From Acidimicrobiales bacterium (GTDB taxonomy: Bacteria > Actinomycetota > Acidimicrobiia > Acidimicrobiales > JAUJNH01), in the NCBI GenBank assembly GCA_030448245.1, contig JAUJNH010000006.1, positions 15,788 through 79,787 on the forward strand: 64,000 nucleotides of DNA. The letters are read 5' to 3'. The notes beneath the pieces were generated by a model, which saw only the letters and a program-made list of their open reading frames with translations, was not told the DNA's origin and did no database searches. Below are positions 56,671 to 64,000 of this stretch, piece by piece. A program made the position numbers and the translations under genes. The stretch's first letter is position 1, and each line of letters opens with the position of its first letter.

Positions 56671-56904
56671 ATGGAGGTCCGCATCGGTGTGACGCAGTCG
56701 GCCCGCGAGCTCGAGGTCGACCTCGGCGACGGCACCGATGGCGTGGCGTTGGGCGAGGAGATCGAGGCGAAGCTGGCCGCCGGCGGGGTGCTGTGGCTCA
56801 CCGACCGGAAGGGCCGCCGGGTCGGGGTGCCCACCGAGAAGGTGGCCTACATCGAGCTCGGCACGGCCGACGACCACCGCCGCGTCGGCTTCGGGCTGGG
56901 CTGA
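56671..56904 (+). CDS. DUF3107 domain protein (77 aa)
   Basis: MEVRIGVTQSARELEVDL...VLWLTDRKGRRVGVPTEKVAYIELG matches the DUF3107 signature. Confidence 0.6.
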   Translation: MEVRIGVTQSARELEVDLGDGTDGVALGEEIEAKLAAGGVLWLTDRKGRRVGVPTEKVAYIELGTADDHRRVGFGLG

Positions 56905-56918
56905 CCCGAAGCCCCTTG

Positions 56919-57869
56919 GTGGCGGCGACGACGCCTCTCCTCGACCGCCGCCTGCTCTTCGTCTCGGGGAAGGGTGGCGTCGGCCGGTCAACGGTCGCGG
57001 CCGCCCTCGCCCTCTTCGCCGCCGAGGAGGGGAAGCGGGTCCTGGTCTGCGAGGTCGACGCCAAGGGCAACCTGGCCGACTTCTACGAGACGGGCCCGCT
57101 CCGCTTCGCCGAGCGGCAGGTGTCGCCCGGCCTGTGGGCCATGGCCATGGACACCGAGGCCAGCCTGAAGCAGTACCTGTCGCTGCAGCTGAAGCTGCCG
57201 CTCGTCACCCGCATCGGCCCGATCGCCCGGATGTTCGAGTTCGTCGCGGTGGCCGGTCCCGGGGTCAAGGAGATCGTCACGATCGGCAAGTTCTGCTGGG
57301 AGGTGAAGGAGCGGCACTACGACCTGGTGGTCGTCGACGCCTCGCCCACCGGGCACATCGTCGGCCAGCTCGCATCGCCCCAGGCCATCAAGGAGCTGGT
57401 GCAGGTCGGGCTGGTCCGCACCCAGACCCAGTGGATGCTCGACATCCTGGGTGATCCGGCCAAGACCGGCCTCGTCGTCGTCACCACCCCCGAGGAGATG
57501 CCGGTGGCCGAGACGATCGAGCTGTCGCACCGGGTGCGGGACGAGACCAACGTCGACCTGGCTGCCGTGGTCGTCAACCGGGTCCTGCCCGAGCTGTTCG
57601 GCCGAGGCGAGGAGGAGGTGTTCGAGCGGCTGGCCGAGGATCCCGACGCCTTGTCGGCCGCCGTCGGGGGTGACGCCGCCCCGCTCCTGGACGCCGCCGG
57701 GCTCGCCGTCCGCCTGCGCCGCACCCGCACCGGGCACCTCGAGCACCTGCGCAAGGGCATCGACCCCGGCATCCCCCTGCTCTACGTGCCCTACCTGTTC
57801 CTGAAGCACCACGGCCTGCGGGCCACCCGCATCGTGGCCGAGGCGCTGGGCCAGGAGCTGACCACGTGA
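56919..57869 (+). CDS. ArsA/GET3-family ATPase (first of tandem pair)
   Basis: P-loop SGKGGVGRST; ArsA-like DTAPTGH equivalent (DASPTGH). Confidence 0.75.
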   Translation: MAATTPLLDRRLLFVSGKGGVGRSTVAAALALFAAEEGKRVLVCEVDAKGNLADFYETGPLRFAERQVSPGLWAMAMDTEASLKQYLSLQLKLPLVTRIGPIARMFEFVAVAGPGVKEIVTIGKFCWEVKERHYDLVVVDASPTGHIVGQLASPQAIKELVQVGLVRTQTQWMLDILGDPAKTGLVVVTTPEEMPVAETIELSHRVRDETNVDLAAVVVNRVLPELFGRGEEEVFERLAEDPDALSAAVGGDAAPLLDAAGLAVRLRRTRTGHLEHLRKGIDPGIPLLYVPYLFLKHHGLRATRIVAEALGQELTT

Positions 57870-59062
57870 CCGCCCCGCTCCAGGACCGCCGGGCCCGTGC
57901 CGGCGCCGGCCGACTCGAGGTGCTGCTCGCCGCCAAGGAGATCGTCATCACGTGCGGGTCGGGCGGCGTCGGCAAGACCACCACGGCAGCCGCGGCGGCG
58001 GCGATGGCCGCCCACCGCCAGGGCGGACGCGTGCTGGTCCTCACCGTCGACCCGGCCAAGCGCCTGGCCACCGCCCTCGGGCTCGAAGGGTTCGGCAACG
58101 AGGCGACCCGGGTGCCGGACTCCGCCTTCCGCCGCCGCGGCGGGGCACAGCCGCGAGGCGAGCTGTGGGCGGCCATGCTGGACACCAAGCAGAGCTGGGA
58201 CCAGCTGGTGCGCCGCCACGCCCCCGACGCCCGCACCGCCGAGCAGATCCTCACCAACAAGCTCTACGCCAACATCAGCGGCCGGTTCGTGCAGAGCCAC
58301 GAGTACATCGCCATGGAGCGCCTGTACGAGCTGCACCAGTCGGGCCGCTACGACCTGATCGTCGTCGACACCCCGCCCACCCGTAACGCCCTCGACTTCC
58401 TCGAGGCGCCGTCACGCATGGCCGACTTCTTCTCGAGCCGCTTCCTCAAGCTGCTGGCCGCCCCGTCCAGGAACCGCCTCGTCAGCGCGGCCAGCCGCCC
58501 CTTCTACTCGGTGGCCGACCGCGTCCTCGGCAGCCAGTTCCTGTCCGACATCGGCGAGTTCTTCACGCTGTTCGAGCGGATGGGCCCCGGGTTCGTCCAG
58601 CGGGCCCGCGCCGTCGAGCGGGTGCTGCACGACCGCCGCACCACCTTCCTCGTCGTCACCACCCTCGAGGCGGCGCCCGTGCACGAGGCCGAGTACTTCG
58701 TCACCAGCCTCGACCGCATGGGCTTCCACCTGGGGGCCCTGGTGCTCAACAAGGCGCTGCCGCCGTGGCTGCTCGCCGAGGCGCCGGCACGGCTGGCCGA
58801 CAGCCTGCGCGAGAGCGCCGGCGACACCGCCACCCGGCTGGCCCCCGCGCTCGAGGCCGAGTCCGCCCAGGTGCAGCGGGTGCTGTGCGAGGTGGCCGAC
58901 GCCTTCCTCAACTACCAGCTGGTGGCCCAGCGCGAGGCCGAGCAGAAGGCCGAGCTGTCAGCCCACGCCGAGGTTCTCGTCACCGTGCCGGCCTTTGACC
59001 AGGACATCCACGACCTGGCCGGCCTCCTCCGCCTGGGCGAGGCCCTGTTCGCCGACGGCTAG
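57866..59062 (+). CDS. ArsA/GET3-family ATPase (second of tandem pair)
   Basis: GTGA overlap with first; P-loop CGSGGVGKTT, DTPPT motif. Confidence 0.75.
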   Translation: MTAPLQDRRARAGAGRLEVLLAAKEIVITCGSGGVGKTTTAAAAAAMAAHRQGGRVLVLTVDPAKRLATALGLEGFGNEATRVPDSAFRRRGGAQPRGELWAAMLDTKQSWDQLVRRHAPDARTAEQILTNKLYANISGRFVQSHEYIAMERLYELHQSGRYDLIVVDTPPTRNALDFLEAPSRMADFFSSRFLKLLAAPSRNRLVSAASRPFYSVADRVLGSQFLSDIGEFFTLFERMGPGFVQRARAVERVLHDRRTTFLVVTTLEAAPVHEAEYFVTSLDRMGFHLGALVLNKALPPWLLAEAPARLADSLRESAGDTATRLAPALEAESAQVQRVLCEVADAFLNYQLVAQREAEQKAELSAHAEVLVTVPAFDQDIHDLAGLLRLGEALFADG

Positions 59063-59209
59063 CAGGTGACCGCTTCCGGCGCGGTGATGGCCTCGGCGTT
59101 GAAGGTGTCGACGGCCCGGACCCTGAGCGTCACGTTCTGCTCCTCGGTGAATGGAGGAGGGGTGCCTGCCCGAAAGGGAAAGTCCGCGGCCCGCTACGTT
59201 GGCTCGGCG

Positions 59210-59758
59210 ATGGAGCGCGCCGCGGTGCGGGACGAGGTGGACCGCTGGTTCGCCACCCACCTCCCGCCCGATCTGTACGCGGGCCCGCTCGAGGTCCGGG
59301 TCGACCGCGAGGAGGTGCTCGCCGTGGGGCCCGTCGCCGAGCCCGACCTCGACGCGGCCACCAGCGACGGCCTTCGCGCCGCCGCGTGCGGGGCCGCCGT
59401 CCACCGCTTCCGCGAGGCCACCCGCGAGGTGCGCACCAGGACGGCGCTCGAGGCCGAGCAGCTCTTCGGTCGCAAGGTCTCGTGGGGCGCCACGTGCGGA
59501 CCCGTGCGGGTGCTCTTCACCAGCCTGTCGGTCCCGGTGATGACGCGCCTCCGCATCGCCGAGCGCGAGGTGCTCGACGTGCTGGTCGACGCCAGTGTGG
59601 CCCGCAGCCGCAGCGACGCCCTGGCCTGGTGCGTCCGGCTGGTCGGCCAGCACGAAGCCGAGTGGCTGGAGGAGCTGCAGGGGGCCCTCACCCACGTCGA
59701 GAAGGTCCGGGCCGCCGGGCCGAAGAGCAGCCAGGCCCAGGGCGAGGACGCGAGCTGA
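59210..59758 (+). CDS. Hypothetical protein
   Basis: Coding-like frame between ArsA pair and M50 protease; start uncertain (59066/59087/59210). Confidence 0.35.
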   Translation: MERAAVRDEVDRWFATHLPPDLYAGPLEVRVDREEVLAVGPVAEPDLDAATSDGLRAAACGAAVHRFREATREVRTRTALEAEQLFGRKVSWGATCGPVRVLFTSLSVPVMTRLRIAEREVLDVLVDASVARSRSDALAWCVRLVGQHEAEWLEELQGALTHVEKVRAAGPKSSQAQGEDAS

Positions 59759-60858
59759 TGGCCGCCCTCGGCCAGGGGATCAGCCTCGGGCGCCTCGGCC
59801 CCGTCCCGATCCGCCTCGACCCGTCGCTGTTCGTCGTCCTCGGCCTCATCGGCTACCTGCAGAAGCCGAACCCCACCGTCGACGACATCCTGGTCTGGGT
59901 CTTCGTCGCCGCCTTCTGCATCCTCATCCACGAGCTGGGCCACGCCATGGCCTTCCTGGCCTTTGGGCGCAAGCCGTCGGTGCTGCTCTACGGCTTCGGC
60001 GGGGTCACCTCGGCCGAGGGGGGGATGGGCCCGTGGGCCAGCCTCACCACCAGCCTGGCCGGCCCCTTCGCCGGCTTCGGCCTCGGCGGCCTGATCCTGC
60101 TGGCCGGGTTGACGGTCGGCCGCCCGGGCGCCGACTCGCTCGTCAGCGCGGCCTACCTGTACGGGCTGTGGGCCTGCTTCGGGTTCGGCGTCCTGAACCT
60201 GCTGCCGATCCTCCCCCTCGACGGCGGTGCCGCGGTCTCCGCCTTCCTGCGCGGCGTGCGGGGCCCGGCGGGCGAGCAGCTGGCCCGGTACATCTCGATC
60301 GCGTTCGCCCTCTTGCTGGCGCTGGTGGCGCTGCGGTTCGGGCAGATCTTCGCCACGCTGTTCGGGGCGATGTTCGCGGCGCAGAACTACCAGGAGGTGA
60401 AGCGCTACCGGGAGCGGCCCCAGCGCGAGCAGCTGCAGGCGGCCTACGACGCCTTGTACGGCCCCCGCCCGGCCGATGCCGCCGGTGCCGCCAGGCCGCT
60501 CCTGGCGACAAAGGCGTCGGCCGACCTCAAGGAGGTGGCGGCCGAGGTGCTGGTCTGGGCCGAGCTGGCCCGCGGCGACGGCGCCGGCGCCCGGGCCGCG
60601 CTGGGACAGCGGCCCGGGCGCCACCCGACCGACCACCGCCCGGTGGGACGCCTCGCCGAGGCCGCCGTCGCCCTGGCCGAGGGAGCAGGGGCGCCGGCGG
60701 TGGCCGTGCTCGCCGCCAGCCTGGACGCAGGCGAGCACGGTCCGCCCGACGTGCTGTTCCCACTGCTCGAGCGGGCCGGGGTGCTCCCCGACCTGTGGAA
60801 CCGGCTGGGACCCGACGGCCGGGCGTCGCTGCAGCGCATGCACGCCGCCCGCCGGTAG
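59758..60858 (+). CDS. Site-2 protease family (M50) zinc metalloprotease
   Basis: TGATG overlap; HELGH zinc-binding motif in TM helix, LNLLPILPLDGG motif. Confidence 0.75.
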   Translation: MAALGQGISLGRLGPVPIRLDPSLFVVLGLIGYLQKPNPTVDDILVWVFVAAFCILIHELGHAMAFLAFGRKPSVLLYGFGGVTSAEGGMGPWASLTTSLAGPFAGFGLGGLILLAGLTVGRPGADSLVSAAYLYGLWACFGFGVLNLLPILPLDGGAAVSAFLRGVRGPAGEQLARYISIAFALLLALVALRFGQIFATLFGAMFAAQNYQEVKRYRERPQREQLQAAYDALYGPRPADAAGAARPLLATKASADLKEVAAEVLVWAELARGDGAGARAALGQRPGRHPTDHRPVGRLAEAAVALAEGAGAPAVAVLAASLDAGEHGPPDVLFPLLERAGVLPDLWNRLGPDGRASLQRMHAARR

Positions 60859-60865
60859 CAGGACC

Positions 60866-62353
60866 GTGGCCACGCTCCCCGAGCTCGCCCGGCTCCACAC
60901 CCGGCTGTCAGCCGACCAGCTCTCCCACCTGACCCGGCTGGTCGCCAGCTGGGGGATCCTCGCCGACCTCTGCTTCGCCGACCTGCTGCTGTTCGTGCCC
61001 GTCGCCGGCGGGGACGGCCGCTTCATCGTCCTGGGCCAGGTGCGGCCCACCACCAGCCAGACCCTGCACGGCGACGACCTGGTCGGGCGGATCATCGACG
61101 AGGCCGAGCGCCCGCTGGTGGCCCGGGCCTTCCGGGCCGGCGAGATCATGGACGGCGAGGTGGCCGTCACCAGCCGGGGCGGCGAACCGGCCCGCCTCCA
61201 GTGCATCCCAGTGCGCCACCGGGGTGAGGTCATGGCCGTGCTGACCCGTGAGGCACCGCTCATGGTCGGCCGCCGGCCGGGCGAGCTGGAGCGCTCCTAC
61301 ATCGAGGTCTTCGAGCGCTTCGCCCGCATGCTCGTCGCCGGCGGCTTCCCCTACCCGGTCGACGAGGGCACCACCGCCGAGTCGCCCCGGGTCGGCGACG
61401 GGGTGCTGCTGCTGGACGAGGCGGCCAGGGTGGTCTACGCCTCACCCAACGCCGTCAACGCGCTGCACCGGATGGGCGTCTACACCAACGTCGAGGGGGC
61501 CCGACTCGACGAGGTCGGGGTCGAGAGCAACGCCATCGGCGAGGCGTGGGCCGCCGCCCTGCCGGTCACCGAGGAGCTGGAGCGGCGGCCCGACGTCATC
61601 GTGCTGCTGCGGGTCCTGCCCCTGTTCGACGGGAGGGGGGGTTGGGCCGAGCCGCCCGTGGTCACCGGCGCCATCGTCCTGCTCCGCGACGTCAGCGACG
61701 TGCGCCGCCGCGACCGGCTGCTGCTCTCGAAGGACGCCACCATCCGCGAGGTCCACCACCGGGTCAAGAACAACCTGCAGACCATCGGGTCCCTGCTGCG
61801 GCTGCAGGGCCGGCGGCTGGTGCCCGGCGAGGGCCGCGAGGCGCTGGCCGAGGCCGAGCGGCGCATCCGCGCGATCGCCCTCGTCCACGAGATCCTGAGC
61901 CGCGAGGCCGGCGAGCAGGTGCCCTTCGACCAGATCATCGGCTTCCTCATCCGGATGGCCGAGGACGCCACCATCTCCCCGGACGGGCCGGTGCGGTTCA
62001 CGGTCGACGGGGTCGCCGGCGAGCTGCCGGCCACGCTGGCCACGCCGCTGTCGGTGGTCCTCAGCGAGCTGCTGCAGAACGCCGTCGAGCATGGCTACCC
62101 CGACGGGTCGGCCGGTGGTCACGTGCACATCGCGCTCACCAACCACGGAAGCCGGCTCGAGGTGGTGGTGCAGGACGACGGCAGGGGGCTCCCGCCCGGG
62201 TTCACCATCGACCGCACCCGCAGCCTCGGCCTGTCCATCGCCCGCGACCTGGTCACGACCCAGATGGGCGGGACGATCACGCTGTCCGGGACCGCGGGAA
62301 CCTGTGTCGTGCTGGACATCCCAGTCCCTCCACCCGAAGCCCTCCCGGGCTAG
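60866..62353 (+). CDS. pdtaS: Cytoplasmic GAF-PAS-HisKA_2 sensor histidine kinase (PdtaS-like)
   Basis: No TM; H-box REVHHRVKNNLQTIGSLLRLQ (HisKA_2), HATPase_c (LSELLQNAVEHG, DDGRGLP, SLGLSIARDLV). Confidence 0.75.
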   Translation: MATLPELARLHTRLSADQLSHLTRLVASWGILADLCFADLLLFVPVAGGDGRFIVLGQVRPTTSQTLHGDDLVGRIIDEAERPLVARAFRAGEIMDGEVAVTSRGGEPARLQCIPVRHRGEVMAVLTREAPLMVGRRPGELERSYIEVFERFARMLVAGGFPYPVDEGTTAESPRVGDGVLLLDEAARVVYASPNAVNALHRMGVYTNVEGARLDEVGVESNAIGEAWAAALPVTEELERRPDVIVLLRVLPLFDGRGGWAEPPVVTGAIVLLRDVSDVRRRDRLLLSKDATIREVHHRVKNNLQTIGSLLRLQGRRLVPGEGREALAEAERRIRAIALVHEILSREAGEQVPFDQIIGFLIRMAEDATISPDGPVRFTVDGVAGELPATLATPLSVVLSELLQNAVEHGYPDGSAGGHVHIALTNHGSRLEVVVQDDGRGLPPGFTIDRTRSLGLSIARDLVTTQMGGTITLSGTAGTCVVLDIPVPPPEALPG

Positions 62354-62380
62354 CCGCCGTCGGGCGGCGGGCGGCGTCGC

Positions 62381-62680
62381 CTACGCGGTGGCGCGGGAGG
62401 TGCGCTGGCGGGCCAGCCACGCCTTGCGCAGCTTGCGGCGCTCCTCCTCGGAGGTGCCACCCCAGACGCCGGACTCCTGGTTGGTGGCCAGGGCGAACTC
62501 GAGGCACTGGGGCTGGGCCTCGCAGGTGCGGCAGACGGTCTTGGCCGACTCGATCTGCTCGAGGGCGACGCCCGTCGTCCCGATGGGGAAGAACAGGTCG
62601 GGGTCGGTGTCACGGCAAGCGGCGTGGGTTCGCCAGTCGGCGATGTCCCAGTCGATTGAGCGGTGCCAGGTCAAGGTCAT
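62381..62680 (-). CDS. whiB: WhiB-family [4Fe-4S] transcription factor
   Basis: Four Cys (CRDTDPDLFFP, CRTCEAQPQC) and GVWGG turn, C-terminal basic tail. Confidence 0.8.
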   Translation of the reverse strand: MTLTWHRSIDWDIADWRTHAACRDTDPDLFFPIGTTGVALEQIESAKTVCRTCEAQPQCLEFALATNQESGVWGGTSEEERRKLRKAWLARQRTSRATA

Positions 62681-62834
62681 TGGTTGGCCTCCGATGGGCA
62701 CGTTCGGGAAAGAGTGTGAAATCATTCACATGAGCCCCCCGACCCATGCAGATGGAGATGACCTCCTCGACCGAGCGTAGACGGCTTTCGCCCGAATTGC
62801 AACGGTCGTAGCGGAAATCCTCGAGCCCTGCCCG

Positions 62835-63773
62835 TCAGCCGTGGCTGTCGTCCGGGCGGGGGATGACGAGGTTGAGGACGTCGGGCACCCACGCCAGGTC
62901 GAGGCGCTCGGCGTCGCCGAGGTGGTCGCCGTCGACCTGGTAGGGGAACGGACCGTGGCCGGTGACGGTCAGCCGCTCGAGGTCGTGGCGTTCGACCACC
63001 CGGCTGTCCCGGACCAGGCGGTCACCGCCCAGGAGCGCCTCGGTCAGGTAGCGCAGGGTGGGCAGCAGGTCGAGGTCGCGGAAGCTGAGCATCGCGAGCG
63101 GGCGGTCGAGGCTCGCGTTGGGGTTGGTGCACAGGGGCCGGTCGCCGAGGTAGGTGTAGGGGTTGGAGTTCTGGCACAGGCCGAACACCGCGTCGTCGAC
63201 CACGGTCCCGTCGGGGTGGCGCACGGCGAACCGGGGCTTGCTGCGGTCATAGGTGCTGGCCCAGCCCCGGAGGCCGCACCAGGCGAACAGCAGGTGGCCC
63301 GCCCACCGCTTCAGCTGGCCCTGCTCCTCGACGAGCCGGACCACCTCGGCGTCCAGGCCGATGCCGACGTGGAACAAGAAGTAGCGGTCGTTGACCGAGC
63401 CGAGCCCGATCCGCTGGACGGACCCGGCGGCGAGGGCGCTGAGCAGCTCGCCGGTCGCCTCGATGGGGTCGTTGACCATCCCGATGGTCCGGGCGAACAC
63501 GTTGGTCGAGCCGCCCGGGAGCACGCCGAGGGTGGTGTCGCTGCCGGCCAGGCCGTTGGCCACCTCGTTCACGGTGCCGTCACCGCCGAGGGACACGACC
63601 ACCTCGGTGCCGTCGGCCGCCGCTCCCTGGGCCAGCCGGGTGGCGTGCCCCCGCCGGCTGGTGGCGACGACGGTCACGTCGTGATCGGCCCCCAGCGCCT
63701 TGGCGATGACCACCCGGGCCCGGGCCGTGACCGACGACGCCGACGGGTTCCCGATCAGCAGGAGGCGAGCCAA
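62835..63773 (-). CDS. Diacylglycerol-kinase-family lipid kinase (DAGK_cat/YegS-like)
   Basis: GGDGT motif (VVSLGGDGTVNEV), LPGGSTNVFA. Confidence 0.75.
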   Translation of the reverse strand: MARLLLIGNPSASSVTARARVVIAKALGADHDVTVVATSRRGHATRLAQGAAADGTEVVVSLGGDGTVNEVANGLAGSDTTLGVLPGGSTNVFARTIGMVNDPIEATGELLSALAAGSVQRIGLGSVNDRYFLFHVGIGLDAEVVRLVEEQGQLKRWAGHLLFAWCGLRGWASTYDRSKPRFAVRHPDGTVVDDAVFGLCQNSNPYTYLGDRPLCTNPNASLDRPLAMLSFRDLDLLPTLRYLTEALLGGDRLVRDSRVVERHDLERLTVTGHGPFPYQVDGDHLGDAERLDLAWVPDVLNLVIPRPDDSHG

Positions 63774-63777
63774 CGGC

Positions 63778-64000
63778 TCAGCTCGACGCTTCCCGGAGGG
63801 TGGACAGGCTCTTGGCCAGCAGGCGAGACACGTGCATCTGGCTGATGCCCAGCTCGTTGGCGATCTCGGCCTGGGTCCGGTCCTCCCAGAACCGCAGGTG
63901 CACGATGCGCCGCTCGCGGGCGGCGAGGCGGCCGAGCAGGCCGGACAGCTCGGCCCGCTGCTCGGCCGTGGCCATGGCCAGGTCGACCTGGCCGAGGCTC
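63778..64000 (-). CDS. RNA polymerase sigma factor, C-terminal region 4 (5' part outside window)
   Basis: IVHLRFWEDRTQAEIANELGISQMHVSRLLAKSL matches sigma-70 region 4 (SigB/F-group-like). Confidence 0.6.
   Translation of the reverse strand, partial: SLGQVDLAMATAEQRAELSGLLGRLAARERRIVHLRFWEDRTQAEIANELGISQMHVSRLLAKSLSTLREASS

Overview
This is a high-GC (~70%) chromosomal segment with actinobacterial-type content: sortase, WhiB, PdtaS-like kinase, YibE/F, DUF2786/DUF1360/DUF3072/DUF3107 and septum-formation lipoprotein families. Calls rest on reading-frame continuity, characteristic GC3 codon usage and recognisable motifs; no database search was possible. Content from start to end: hydrogenase maturation genes (hypF 3' part, hypD); a MauE/MauD-like membrane thiol-oxidoreductase pair followed by a TAT-exported 20-cysteine protein; a DUF2786/HExxH pair; an SNF2 helicase; lipoprotein, YibE/F and NarL-type two-component genes; an ECF sigma factor translationally coupled to a transmembrane Ser/Thr kinase; a lipoprotein/OmpA pair; a roughly 7 kb decay patch (truncated IS481 transposase, IS110 fragment, frameshifted PQQ sugar dehydrogenase and LLM oxidoreductase, APH-like phosphotransferase, low-GC stretches); ATP-dependent DNA ligase; NfeD/flotillin (flotillin apparently frameshifted twice); TetR, GT4, crotonase, ccdA; a complete translationally coupled System I cytochrome c maturation operon ccmABCDEFGHI including a 50-aa ccmD missed by the ORF track; a SufR-like regulator with cysteine desulfurase divergent from mrp/apbC; an MBOAT/SGNH envelope acylation pair; L,D-transpeptidase, dGTPase, tandem ArsA-family ATPases, an M50 protease, and pdtaS-whiB synteny as in mycobacteria. 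Most of the remaining long ORFs in the track are Arg/Pro/Gly-rich antisense artefacts of GC-rich DNA. Several genes carry apparent frameshifts, so genuine pseudogenisation or assembly indel errors must both be considered.
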